Assembly: GCF_009914755.1 (NCBI RefSeq)
Contig: NC_060928.1
DNA from: the human T2T-CHM13v2.0 reference genome, Homo sapiens
DNA length: 64,000 nt
Direction: 5' to 3' (one strand)
In this document: piece by piece, positions 1-19,749 of the stretch
Numbering within the stretch: position 1 is the stretch's first letter
Layout: each line of letters begins with the position of its first letter
Program-made: the position numbers and the translations under genes
Notes under the pieces: model-generated
Told to the model about the DNA's origin: nothing
The model's database searches: none
What the model saw: only the letters and a program-made list of their open reading frames with translations

Positions 1-195
1 CCTGGTAGACGACATTGCACATGTGCTGTCAAAATTTCATGCTGGGGAAGAGAAACACATCCTTGTAACTCCACAGGAGATGATTCCAGGAAGTTTGTGC
101 CTGGTATCCTCCAGACTTTACCACACACAACTTTTTCCCTTTGCTAATTTTGCTTTGTATCCATTCACTATAATAAATTAAAAACCTGAGTATTA
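1..195 (+). mobile_element. ERVL-type LTR fragment (MER68/MER21-like)
   Basis: ttttccctttgctaattttgctttgtatcc...taataaat resembles the recalled 3' half of MER68-family LTRs. Confidence 0.55.
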
Positions 196-1641
196 CTAAA
201 AAAAAAAAAAAGACTGATCCTGGAAAGGAGAGAATAATAGAAAGTTTGTGATAAGTTCTCCACACATATATGGCTGATTGGAAAAGTATGGAAGTGCAGG
301 AAAGACTCAAGAGAGTATGACAAAAAGTAAAAATGAAGTAAGACTTGAGTATTAATTGCAACTTTGAATGCATTCACCCACCCACCCACAGATTATTTGG
401 CAGACAGTGGAAGCCTTACTAGCTTTAACATAATGTCTCTCCAAAATCAAGCTATGCAACAGACACAAAGGAAATCCCTAGAAAGACAGGCTAAAACAAC
501 AATAACAACAACAACACAATATAAAAGACATCACTGCTGAAAACCACTGGGCAGAAGGATTACACAGCACATGTATAGGCCAATTACCAAAACAATAACA
601 ACAACAAAAACAATCACAAATAAAAACCAAATCCAGATTTGCTATAATGTGTAATTAAAGTGTTTAGTTTTCAATTAAAAATTATCAGACATGTAAGGAA
701 ACAGGAAAATATGGCTCATACTCTGGAAAAAAAGCAGTGAATAGAAACTCTCAATTCAGATACTGGATTTAGAAAGAAAGTTTTCAAAGTATATATTATA
801 AATATGTTCAAATTAAAAATATGATAATGTGCTGTCTAATAGAGAACATGAATAAGGAGACAGAATATATTTAAAAATAGAATCTAGAATTGAAAAGTAC
901 AACAGTTAAAGTGAAAAAATCACTAGCGAGGTTCAGTAGCATATTTGACCTTGTGAAAGAAAGTATCAGTGAACTTGAAGATAGACCAATAGAGGTTAAT
1001 CAATCTGAAGAACAAAAAGAAAAAAGAACGAAGAATAATAAACAGATCCTCAGAAACTTATGGGATACCATCAAGAGCACTAACATATGCATAATGGGAA
1101 TTCCAGGAGAAGAGAGAGATAAGAGGGCAGAAAAATATTTGAAAACATAATGTCTGAAAACTTCAAAAATGTTATGAAAAACATTAATCTTCAAATATAA
1201 GAAGTTCAACAGATCTCAAGTAGGATAAACACAAAGAGATTCACACCTAGAGCCATCATAGTCAAATTGGTGAAAACCAAGGATAATAAGAAAATCATGA
1301 AAATAGCAAGAGATGACTTATCACATACAGGGGAACAATAATATGATCAATACTGGCATTTTTATCTGAAAAAAATGGAGGCCTTATGAAGCGACATTTC
1401 AAAAGTGGAGGGAAAAATAACTGTCAATTAAGAATTCGGTATCCAGTTAAATGATCCTTCAAAAATGGAGCTGAAATAAAGACATTTCCAGATAAATAAA
1501 AATAAAGAGAACTTATCCTTGCTAAAGAAACACTAAATAAAATGCTTTTAAGATAAAAGGATATGACACCAGATGGCAACTTGAACCTATAAGGAATAAA
1601 TGGCACTGGAAGTGGTAAATAAATTTGTAAGTATAAAAGAT

Positions 1642-1653
1642 TGTATGTGTGTA

Positions 1654-1686
<33 letters not shown>
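1642..1686. repeat. (TG)n microsatellite
   Basis: tgtatgtgtgtatgtgtgtatatgtgtgtg... read directly. Confidence 0.9.
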
Positions 1687-1882
1687 ATTCTGATTTCATC
1701 TCTTTTTTAAAAAAAGCATCTGATTATTATAGGCAATAACTATAACAATACTGCTGAGTTCATAGCATATAAGAGGTACATTGGATCAAAGTTGCTATAT
1801 AACACTGGAATTAAGTAAAAATTATTAAACCAAAGTAGATTGTAAAAAGTGAAGATGATTGATTATTATAATCCCCAAAGGT

Positions 1883-2508
1883 ACTTGGGAGGCTGAGATA
1901 GAAGTATTGCTTGAGGCTAGGAGTTTGAGACTAGCCTAAGTAACACAATGAAACTCTGTTGATATAGTTTGGATATGTGTCCCTGCCCAAATCTCATGTT
2001 GAATTGTAATCCCCAATGTTGGAGATAGGTCCTGCTGGGAGGTGAATGGATCATGGGGGCAGATTTCTCCTGAATGGTTAGTACCATCCTCTTGGTGCTG
2101 TCCTTGGGACAGTGAGTAAATTCTTGTGAGATCTCGTCATTTAAAAGTGTGTGGCACTGCCCCTTGCTCTTTTACTCCTGCTTTCGCTATGTGACATGTC
2201 TTTGCCTTCTGCCATGATTGTAAGCTTCCTGAAGACTTCCCAGAAGCAGATGCCTGCATGCTTCCTGTACAGCCTGAAGAACTGTGAGGCAATTAAACCA
2301 CTTATAAATTATCGAGTCTCAGGTATTTGAAAGCAATGCAAGAATGGACTAATACACCTGTCTCTAAAAAATTTAAGCAAAATTACCCAGGTGTGATGAC
2401 ACATGCCTGTAGTCCCAGCTACTTGACAGGCAAAGGTGAGAGGACTGATTGAGCCCAGGAGTTTGAGGCTGCAATAAGCTATGACCATGCCATTGTCTCT
2501 TAAAAAAG
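1883..2508 (+). mobile_element. AluJ-type element split by an MSTB solo LTR
   Basis: Left-arm Alu sequence at 1883-1959 resumes at 2357 (cctgtctctaaaaaa...tagtcccagctact...gagtttgaggctgca). Confidence 0.8.
1960..2356 (+). mobile_element. MSTB-type MaLR solo LTR
   Basis: Termini TGATATAGTTTGG...GGACTAATACA; ATTAAA signal; 5-bp TSD tctgt/cctgt. Confidence 0.88.
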
Positions 2509-2521
2509 TAAGCCCCAGAGA

Positions 2522-2842
<321 letters not shown>

Positions 2843-3099
2843 CTAAAAATACTTGGTTAACATGAAAGAAGCAGTAATGTAAGAAAAGAAAAACAAAAAG
2901 ACATGACACATAGAAAACAAATAACAAAATGTTAAATGCAAGTCCAACCATATCAATAATTATGTGAATGGACTAAAATAAAAAGGCAACTATTACTGTA
3001 CAGGACTTTAAAAAAACAAGATTCAGCTATATGGTGCCTACAAGAAACAAACTTTAGATAAAACAAGCAGGTTGAATGTAAAAGGATAGGAGATTAGGA

Positions 3100-3106
3100 G
3101 ACATAC

Positions 3107-3137
<31 letters not shown>

Positions 3138-3140
3138 TAC
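3100..3140. repeat. (TA)n(CA)n microsatellite
   Basis: Read directly. Confidence 0.85.
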
Positions 3141-3751
3141 GCAAATGGTAATTATGGGGAAAGAAGAAAACACAAGTGTAATTACTATATATATGTAATT
3201 TTTTTAACCTGTAAGTCAGTTTTATTATCTGTAAAATGGGGATAAAAAAATTATCTCCTGCCAACATAAATAGGTTTTGTTACAATAAAATGAACTAGTG
3301 AGCATGAAAGAACATTGCAATCTGTTAAGATGTTCTTCCAGGAATTCTTGCATTCTAGGAAAATCAGAACATTTCTGGTTATAGAATTTTTGACATTTTG
3401 AGGAAAGATTTTTTTAGGATATATGTGAAAAGAACACTTTATCTTCTCTAATTACATCATGGATTCTCTTTTTGCATTGAGATTTTGCTTGAATATCAAT
3501 AGACAAGACAAGGGAGTGGTTCAGGCACTTGTCTAGTGAGCGGATCGCTGACAGGAAGCAAGGAGCCAGAAGGACACTCCCCTGTGCTGTTGGTCAGGGG
3601 CCCGCTTGGCTGGTGCCAAGGATTTGTTCTCAGTGACAAGACAAATACAGAAATGGAGAGTGGTTACAAACTTCTATAGCAATTTGACACTGTATTTTAT
3701 AAAAAGTAAATATCAGTCTACATCAAATAGGAAATTAAAAACAAAAACAAT

Positions 3752-3910
3752 TGGGTATTAATCTACTAAGCTTAGTCCCTAGGTGACAAAATAATCTGTA
3801 CAACAAATCCACATGACACAAGTTTACCTATGTTACAAACCTGAACATGCACCCCTGAACCCAAAATAAAAGTTTTTTTTTTTAAAAGAAAAACAAAACA
3901 AAAAAACCAC
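3752..3910 (+). mobile_element. Short L1P 3'-end fragment
   Basis: ggtgacaaaataatctgtacaacaaa...catgacacaagtttacctat...aaaataaaag matches the 3' terminus of older primate L1s. Confidence 0.75.
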
Positions 3911-4579
3911 ATCTGTTTCTTCATCACAGATAATTTGAGAAGCACTAGTGTCAGGAAAAAAGAATAATAAATAATATGTACATTAAAACTCACCAGAAAA
4001 CATATATGCACTGGGATATCTTTTTGGACATTAAAGAAATGTGAAAAATCACACATATATTCCTAATGAACTTGACTATATTATATATATATATGTTTAT
4101 TTAGAAGTATTAAATTGAATTAAGTATTAAATTTATTTTTTAATAAGTGGTATAAAGGAAGGATGTTCTGATTAAGAAGGATAGGTAAAGGGCAATTACA
4201 ACTCTGGGTAGAGAAATAGTAAAATGGCCAGAAACAGACTGGCAAAGGCTATGGAGTAATTAATCTCACAAAAGGAAGCAGAATTTATTAATATAAATAA
4301 CATAGTATTGCTGATACTTAAATAATTGTGAGTTATATTGAAGAATTATTTTATATTTTAAAATAGCAAAACCCCCCAAAAAACAGTGTGGTAAAGCTGT
4401 GGTGAGGTTTGTACATTTTAGGAAGCCTTGTTATTTTTAGCTCATATGGTTTTTTGATAAGTAAAAATTTAAAAAAAGTTAAAAATGATTTCTCTGCTGC
4501 TTAAATTCCGATACACATCTATTGAGTGGTAAGATATGAGTTTAGAGTCACTGTATTTTTTTAGTAGTTCTACTAATAA

Positions 4580-5047
<468 letters not shown>

Positions 5048-5599
5048 TAAATTACCAGTGTGATCACAAATTAAGAAATGCAATTCAAAGAATTTTGCGT
5101 ACAAGGAGTCCTGAAAGTGTTAATAACTTTTGATGCAAAGATAATTTTATGAAAGTAATAGAAGACTAAAAAAAGGTACAAAACAATTATTATGTAAGTA
5201 TCTTCCTTTTTCTGAATCACCCATGATTACTTTTTCCACCAAGCAAAAACTGACTACATACTTCAGATCTGTCTCAAATCTCCCCAGCCTCTTTTCCTAA
5301 ACCTCCCCAGCCTCTCAGGACAGACAGGCTGCTCCTGTACTTTGTGCATTCTGCTATTTTTAGCAAGAGGCCTATTTTGTCAGTGTTGTCTGAATAGTAT
5401 TTGCCAACTCCCAGACTTTCAGTCACTTATTTGTTTATTTATTTATTTATTTGGCTCTTTTCTTGTATTTCCCTTTTCCTTTTCTTTCCTTTCTTTTTCC
5501 CTTTCCTCCTCCCTTCCTTTGCTTACTTATTTTTTTCCCTTTAATTCCCATTCACTATTTCCATGACTGTCAAATAGTAGGTTGATCCTTTAAAATATT

Positions 5600-5705
5600 C
5601 TTTTTTTAAAATTTATTGTACTTTAAGTTCTGGGATACATGTGCAGAACGTGCAGGTTTGTTACATAGGTATACATGTGCCATGTGGTTTGCTGCACCCA
5701 TCTAC
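5600..5705 (-). mobile_element. Very short 5'-truncated L1PA 3' end
   Basis: tactttaagttctgggatacatgtgcagaacgtgcaggtttgttacatagg is the reverse complement of the L1PA 3' terminus. Confidence 0.85.
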
Positions 5706-5739
5706 AATATATCTTAAAATGAATAAAAGTGGAAACACG

Positions 5740-7653
5740 CAGAAGACATGGTGTATGGGGTGAGTGGGTTGCCAAGTGGATGGTGGCAGGGTGCTCCAGG
5801 GTGGCCAGTGGGGCTAAATGCTGTGTATTCCAAGCATGGCGGGGTTCCTGCCTTCCTGTGTGGCAGACTGTGGCATCAGGTAAGAGCCACTTGGTGCCCA
5901 CCCTGGCTCCTCCATTGCCTTGCTCTCAGCCCCTGGCATCCAGCCCACACCTGGAGGTTGAGCTGCACCCACTGCTCTGGGTCTCAGCCCTGTGATCACC
6001 TCAGTAGATATTCTGAGCTTGGCTATGCAGGCAACACTGAGCCATAGTTTACTATTCTTTCTTGCATTTCTATCAGAGAGTCAGCAAAGGTAGTTGACAA
6101 AGCCCAAAGGAGAATGTTGAGGGGAGTTGATGACCTTGACTTTTTCATACAGGATGAAGCCATTGATAAATCTATGTATGCTACAAAGTGGTCAATATGA
6201 CTGGAATCACTGAAGACTGGGATATTATGGAAAGGTTCATGGAGCAAGTGGTTTTTAAATATCTTTGAGCAGAATCTGAGGACCATTATTTTTTAATGAC
6301 AGAACTTCCACTGAATACACTAGAAAATACGGAGCATTTTTGCAGAAATTATGTTTGAATTATTTAATGTACCAGGATTCTACATTGCAGTTCAGGAGGT
6401 ACTGGCCTTGGCAGTATCTTGGACATCTCAACAAGTGGGTGAATGTATGTTAATGAGTATAGTCATTGACAAAGGAGATGGAGTCACCCATGTTCTCCCA
6501 GTTGTAGAAGGTTATGTAATTGGGAGCTGCATCAATCACATCCTGATTGTAGGTGATACTGTGTATTTCACTCAACAGCTGCTAAGGGAGAGGGAGGTAG
6601 GAATCCCTCTTGAGCAGTCACTGGAGACCACAAAAGCCATTAAGGAGAAATACTGTTACATTTGCCCTGATACAGTCAAGGAATTTGCTAAGCATGATGT
6701 GGATTCCTGGAAGTGGATCAAACAATACACAGGTATCAATGTGATCAACCAGGAGAAGTTCATAATAGATGTTGGTTACAAAAGGTTCCTGCAACCTGAA
6801 ATATTTTTTTACCCAGAGTTTGCCAACCCAGACTTTATGGAATCCATCTTGAATGTTGTTGATGAATACAAAACTGTCCCATTGATGTGCATGGTCCACT
6901 GTATAAGAATGTTGTTCTTTCAAGGGGTTTGACCATATTCGGGGATTTGAACCTCAACTACAGAGAGATTTGAAGAGTGGTACATGCCAGATTAAAACTC
7001 AGTAAGGAGCTCAGTGGCAGGAGAATCAAACCTAAGTTTGCAGAGGTTCAGGTGGTAATCCATCACATGCACCACAATGCCTTATGGTTTGGAAGCTTAA
7101 TGATAGCCTCAACTCTGGAGTTATTTCAGGCCTGTCACACCAAGAAGGACTATGAAGAATATGGCCCCAGCATCTGCCACCACAGCCTTCTCTTTGGAGT
7201 AATGTCTTAGTGTCTGCCTTGAAAGCATCATTTAATAGTGTCATGTTGGGGAACAAGTGTCCTTCAGAACCCAGAGAAGACTACCATTTCTAAATGACAT
7301 TTGGTGTTGATGTCTGAGCAGCATGCTTGCATCACCTAGTGCATGAGGCACAGGGCAGAGTCATTTCAGTAAAAGCCATTTCTTTATGTGTGACTGTTGT
7401 ATGCCCACTCCTTCTTCTCTCACTCCCTTTCTTCATGCTTCCCCAGTTTCCCTCCTCCTTTTCACTTGAGCTTTTTTGTTGACAAATACCATTCTGAAGG
7501 AATTTAAATGTGACTTTGAAAATTGTTAAGAGGAAAAAAAATTTCAAAAATGGCCCAAAATAGTTCTCCCCCAGGAAATAATGCAGTGGTATAAATCCTT
7601 TTCCCCCAGCCTATTTTTATAAATAAAATGTTATAAACTTAAAATACAAAAAA
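5740..7653 (+). pseudogene. ACTR3BP4: ACTR3B (Arp3-beta) processed pseudogene, probably ACTR3BP4; antisense in SLC9B1 intron 3
   Basis: ATG at 5836 (MAGFLPSCVADCG, compare ACTR3B MAGSLPPCVVDCG). Downstream exons are joined without introns through ...[10 protein letters not shown] at 7210. In-frame stops (TAG ~6045, TGA ~6198) and frameshifts are present. 3'UTR has AATAAA at 7622 and an A-rich tail remnant at 7641-7653. The symbol is inferred from the host locus. Confidence 0.9.
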
Positions 7654-10600
7654 CCAATAACATAACATTATTTACAGGATGCAATTAAAGCAGTGTATAG
7701 AGGAAAATGTATAGCTTTAAAAACAGAAAGAAAAAATAATCTAAAATTGGTAATTAAAACTTCCATCTTAAGACTCTAGAAAAAGATGAGTAAACCAAGC
7801 CAAAAGTAAGTAGGATGTATGAAATAAAAAGGTCACAGTGGAAAACGATAAATACAGAACAGGATAACATTAAAAACAACCAAAGAAACTCAAAATTGCT
7901 TATTTCGGAAAGTCAAGAAGATAAATAATATTTAGTTACATTGACCAAGAAAAAAGAAAGAAGACACTAATTCCCAAAATCAAGAATCAAAGAAAAATAT
8001 CATCACAGACCCTACCCTTAAAAGGATGTTAAGAAAATAGCATAATAACTTTAAGGCAAAAAATTCGACAACTTAGATAAAATAGAACAATTCCTAGAAA
8101 GACACAAATTACCAAAACTGACTCAAGGAAAAAGGAAAAAAAAAACAAATATCAATATCAAGTAAAGAAATTGCATCAGTAATTTCAAATCTTCCTATAG
8201 AGAAAAAATATACTTCACTGGTGAATTCTATCCAACTATTAAGGGAGGAAATAATACCAATGTTACAAAAACTTTATTAAGCAAATAGAGGAGGAAGGAA
8301 ACTTCCCAATGAACTTTATTTCATTTGATATCAATATTACCCTGATATCAAAACAAGACAAAGACATTACAAGAAAACACAGCTATATACCAATATCCCT
8401 TATGAACCTAGACATAAATATTCTTAACCAAATATTAGTAAATGTAATTGAGCAACATATGAAAAGGATTTTATACCATAATCAAATGAAGTTTATCTCA
8501 GGAATGTGAGGTGGTTGACTTAACATCCAAAAATCAATGTAATAAACTATATTAACAGAATAAAGGACAAAACCATATGATCACCTCAATAGATGCAGAA
8601 AAGCATTTGACAGAATTCAACACTCATATATTTAAAAAAATCTCATCAGCTTATGAATAGAAGGGAACTTCTTCAAATGATCAAGGCATCTACCAGAAGC
8701 CTACAGCCAACATACTTAATGGTAAAAATGTGCTTACCTCTAGATTAGGAAACATGCAAAGATATCTGTGTTTACCACTTCTATTTTTTCCTTGCAATAG
8801 TCAAGGAAAAAAGTTATGGAAAAAAGACAACTCTTTTTATTGTTAGCCTTGTATACAGAAAATCCTAAGGAACACACCCACACACACACACCCACATACC
8901 ACACCCCCTCCCAGACTTACTAGAACTAAGAGGGTGGCTTAGCAAGTTTGTAGAGTATATGATCAATATACAAAAATCGGTTATATATATAGTAGCAACA
9001 AACAGTACAAAGATGAAATAAAGAAAACAATTCCAATCACAATAGCATCAAAAATAAATGTCTTAGTTTGTTTTATGTTGTTATAATAGAATACCTGAGA
9101 CTGTATAAAGAGGTTTATTTAGCTCATGTTTCTCCAGACTGGGTAGTTCAAGAAGCATGGCACCAGTATCTGCTTAGCTTCTGGTGAGGGCTTTAGTAGT
9201 GCATCACAACATGGCAGAAGACCAAAGAGGAAGTGGGAATGTGCCAAGAGGCCAAACACAAGGTACAACCTTGTACAATGGGTTGCTTTATAACAATCCA
9301 TTCTCAGGGTAACTAATCTATTCCCACAGGAACCAATCCAGTTTCATGAGAGCAAGAACTCACTCACTATATGAGGACTGCACCAAGCTGCTCAAAATGG
9401 CAGAGCCCCCATGACCCAAGCATCTCCCATTAGGCCCTGCCTCTTAAAGGTTCCAACATGATTTTTGGCAGAGACACGGAAACCATGGCATTCCACCCTT
9501 GGAACCCCAAACTCATGTCCCTCTTACACTATAAAATGTAATTATTCAATCTCAATGGTCCCCAAAGTCTTAATGTATTCCAGTAACAATTCAAAGGTCA
9601 AAGTCCAAAGTCTCATATAAGACTCAAGGCAAGTTCCTCCTAGCTATGAGCCTGTAAAATAATAAAAAAAAAACAACAAGTTATTTACTTCCAAGATACA
9701 ATGGTGGAATAGTCATATGGCAGACAGTCCCATTCCAAAAGGGAGAAATAGGCCAAAAGAAGAAAGAGGTGACAGGCCTCGAGCAAGTTCAAAACTCAGC
9801 AGGGCAGACACTAAATCTTAAAACTCCAGAATAATTCTCCACTCCACGTGCTACCTCCTGGGCACAGTGGGGAGTTTTTATCCCTAAAGCCTTGGGCAGC
9901 CCCACCTCCATTGCTTTGTTGGGCATAGCCACATGGCTGCTCTCACTGGTTGGAATTGGATACCTATGGCTTTTCCAGGCTGAGGTTGTATGGTGGCAAT
10001 GGCTCTATAGTTCTGGAGTCCCAGTGGTGGTCCACTTCATGGATTCACTAGATATTGCCCTGGTACAGACTCTTTGTGGCAGCTCCAACCCTACATTTCT
10101 GCTCAGCATTGCCCTAGGGAAGATACACTGCAGTGGCTCTGGCCCTGCAACAAATCTCCACCTGAGCTCCCAGTCTTTTCAGTACATTCCTTAAAATCTA
10201 GGTGGAAGCCACCATGACTACACTTCTCTTGTATTCTGCACATCTGCAAAACTAGTACCACATGGTTGTAAACGCCATCAACGCTTACCACTTGCACCCT
10301 CCAGAGTGCTGTCATGAGCTGTACCTGAGGCTGCTTGATCCACGACTGCGTGCCACCAAGGTTTATGGTTTGTATCTTGTGGAATGGCAGCCTGAGCCAT
10401 ACCTGGGTATGATTGTGCCATGGCTGGGGTGGCTGCTGAGGGCTGTGCCAGAATTTGGGGAGCAGGATCTCAAAACAGCACAGGGCAGTGATGCATGGAT
10501 TCTGTCTCTTAAAACCATTCCGTCCTCCTAGACCTCTGGAAAGGCAACCTCAAAAATTTCTGAAATGTCTTCAGGGCCTTTAAAAAATTGTCTCAATAAT

Positions 10601-12425
10601 TATCAACTGGCTCTCTTCTCTCAGTGCTAATCTCTTTAGTATTGGTTGTTCTGCTGCACCCTTGGATTCCTCTCCTGAAAATGCTCTTTCATTCTCTACC
10701 ACATGGCCAGGCTATTAATTTTCAAATTTTTATGCTTGCTTCCCTTGTCATTTTGCATTTCACTGAATGTAGTAAGAAGTAACTACATAGCTGCTCTATA
10801 TTTTGCTTAGAAATTTCTTCTGCCAGGTACCCTAGTTCATCACTCTTAAGTTTGGCCTTCCACAAAACCTTAGGGCACAAAGCCTTAGAAACAACACAGC
10901 CAAATTTTTGCTATGGTCTAACAAGGATGACTTGGTCTCCAGTTCCTAATACCTTGTTCCTCATTTCTATCTGCGATCTCATTAGAATGGCCTTTGCTGT
11001 CCATATTTTTATCAGCATTGTGGTAATGACTACTTAACCAATCTCTAAGAAATTCTAAACTTTCTCTCGTCTTTTTGTTGTCTTCTGAGCCCTCATTGAA
11101 ATTATCCTTAATGCTCTGTTTATGGCAATACAGTCTTTTTCTAGTCTGCTCCTTCAAACTTGTCCAACTTCTGCCCATTACCCAGTTCCAATGATGCTTC
11201 TGCATTTTTGAGTATCTAAATAGCAACATCCCACTCTCAGTACAAATTTTCTGTCTTAGTCCGTTTTGTGTTGCTATAACAGAATACCGGAGACTGAGTA
11301 ATTTATAAAGAGGTATATTTGGCTTGCAGTTCTGCAGGCTGGAAAGAATGACACTGGCATCTGCTTGGGTTCTGGTGAAAGCTTTAGTGTTGTATCACAA
11401 TATGGTAGAACAAGGTCAAAGGGGAGTAGGCATGTACCAGGAGGCCAAGCATGAAGCGTGACCTCACCGTATAGCAACTCATTCTCATGGTAACTAATCC
11501 ATTCCTGAGACAACTAATCCCACAAGAGTGAGAACTCACTCACCAGTGTAAGAATAGTACCAAGCTGCCCACAAAAGAAAAGCTCCCAAGACCCAAACAC
11601 TTCCCATTAGGCCCCACCTCTTAAGCATTCCAACATGAGTTTTGGTAAAGACACTCAAACTATAGCAATAATAATTAGGAATAAATTTAACAAAATAAGT
11701 GCAAATCCTTTGCACTGAAAACTAAAAAACATCACTCAGATAAATGCCTAAATAAATGGAGAGATATATCATGTTAATGGATTAGATGACTCAATATTGT
11801 TAGATGTCAATTGATCTACAAATTAACTGCAATTCCTGCCAAGAGTCTAGAAAGATTATTGGAAAAATTGACAAGCTGATTCTAAAATTATATAGAAATA
11901 CAAAAATACCTAGAATAGCCAAAAAAATCTTGCTAAGTAAGAATGAAGTTAGAGTACTTAATACTGTCTTATTTGAAAATTCAGTGTAAAGCAGCAGTAG
12001 TCAAGACAGTGTAGAATCCACATTAAGAGAGATAGATAGATCAATGGAACTAAGTGGAGTTCAGAATCCAACCCACATAAATAGTCAATTGATTTTCATC
12101 AAAGATGCTAAGACAATTCAATAGGAAAAAGATGTTCTTTCAACAAATGATTCTATAATAACTGGTTATTCATTTACAAAAACTAAACCTAGATCCTTAG
12201 GTCATATGCAAAAATTAACTAAAATGGATCACAGACCTAATTGTATGAGCTAAAACTGTAAAACTTCTAGGAAAAAAATATAGGAGAAAATATTTATGAC
12301 CTTGGACTAAGCAAAGGTTTCTTAGATATAATATCAAAAACATATTCCATAAAAGAAAAACTGGTAAATTGGACTTCATCAAAATGATGAAATCTTTGCT
12401 TTTCAAATATTTCTTAAATAAATGA
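7654..12425 (+). mobile_element. Old L1M ORF2 region, interrupted by a MaLR provirus
   Basis: ORF 8309-8509 (ITLISKQDKDITRKHSYIPISLMNLDINILNQIL) is L1 RT-like; the sequence is continuous across 9058/11668. Confidence 0.85.
9059..11667 (-). mobile_element. Complete MaLR (MST-family) provirus: LTR 9059-9490, internal region, LTR 11252-11667
   Basis: Both LTRs start TGTCTTAGT and end ...CCATGGCA / ...CTATAGCA on the plus strand; MST-int-like interior; TSD ataaa/ataat. Confidence 0.88.
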
Positions 12426-12426
12426 A

Positions 12427-16243
<3,817 letters not shown>

Positions 16244-16423
16244 ACTTCAGCCTTCGAGTAGCTGACAGGTGTGCCAACATGCCCAGCTAATTTTTGTATT
16301 TTTAGTAGAGATGGGGTTTCACCATGTTGCCTAGGTTAGTCTTGAACTCCTGGGCTCAGGTGATCTGCTCGCCTCGGCCTCCCAAAGTGCTAGGATTACA
16401 GGTGTGAGCCACTGTGCCTGGCC
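16244..16423 (-). mobile_element. Partial Alu (left arm plus linker; most of right arm and tail missing)
   Basis: cagccttcgagtagctg...ctaatttttgtatttttagtagagatgggg...gtgagccactgtgcctggcc. Confidence 0.88.
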
Positions 16424-16424
16424 A

Positions 16425-18860
<2,436 letters not shown>

Positions 18861-18876
18861 GTTTGCCCAAGCAGCT

Positions 18877-19188
18877 TTTATTTTATTTTATTATTTTTAA
18901 AGAGACAGGGTCTTGCCCTGCTGCCTGGGTTGGAATATTGGCATGATCATATAGCTCACAGCATCCTTGAACTCCTGGGCTCCAGGGACCCTCTGCCTTA
19001 GCCTCCTGAGTAGCTGGGACTACAGGCACACACCACAATGCCTAGCTAATTTTAAAAAAGTTTTTATTTTGTAGAGATGAAGTCTCACTATGTTGCCCAG
19101 GCTAGCCTCAAACTCTTGGCTTCAAATGATTCTTCCTCCTTGGTGCCCCAAAGTGTTGGGATTACAGGCATCAGCCACGGCACCTGGC
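18877..19188 (-). mobile_element. AluJ
   Basis: gagacagggtcttgc...ttgaactcctgggctc...; (TTTTA)n tail. Confidence 0.85.
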
Positions 19189-19437
19189 CTGAGCAGGTTT
19201 TAATAAGTCACCCCATGTTTGGAGAATTTCTAACATTATTAATATTACTTTCCCAGTGTAGAAGCCAGGAACTCAAGTTTTTAAACTTCCTTTGTCATGA
19301 AGGCATAGACACATGATGAACACACTGCTACTGACATTAATTTCTGCTTTTATCTGAATAGTTGGTACCTCCAGGAAAAGGAGGGGAATGAGGTTGGAAA
19401 ATAGTACACAGGAAGCTTCAACTATATCTATAATGAT

Positions 19438-19452
19438 TATATATACATATAC

Positions 19453-19485
<33 letters not shown>

Positions 19486-19749
19486 TTTTTTTGAGGCTGG
19501 AGTGCAGTGGTGCAATCTCGGCTCACTGCAACCTCCGCCTCCTGGGGATCAAGCGATTCTCCTGCCTCAGCCTCTTGAGTAGCTGGGACTACAGGTGCAT
19601 GCCATGATGTCTGGCTAATTTTGTATTTTTTAGTAGAGATGGGGTTTCACCATGTTGGCCAGGCTGGTTTGAACTCCCAACCTCAGGTGATCTGCCCGCC
19701 TCAGCCCCCAAAGTGCTGGGATTACAGGTGTGAACTACCACGCCTGGCC
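19438..19749 (-). mobile_element. AluS with tail-associated (TA)n microsatellite
   Basis: (TA)n then a T run, then ggctggagtgcagtgg...ccacgcctggcc. Confidence 0.88.
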
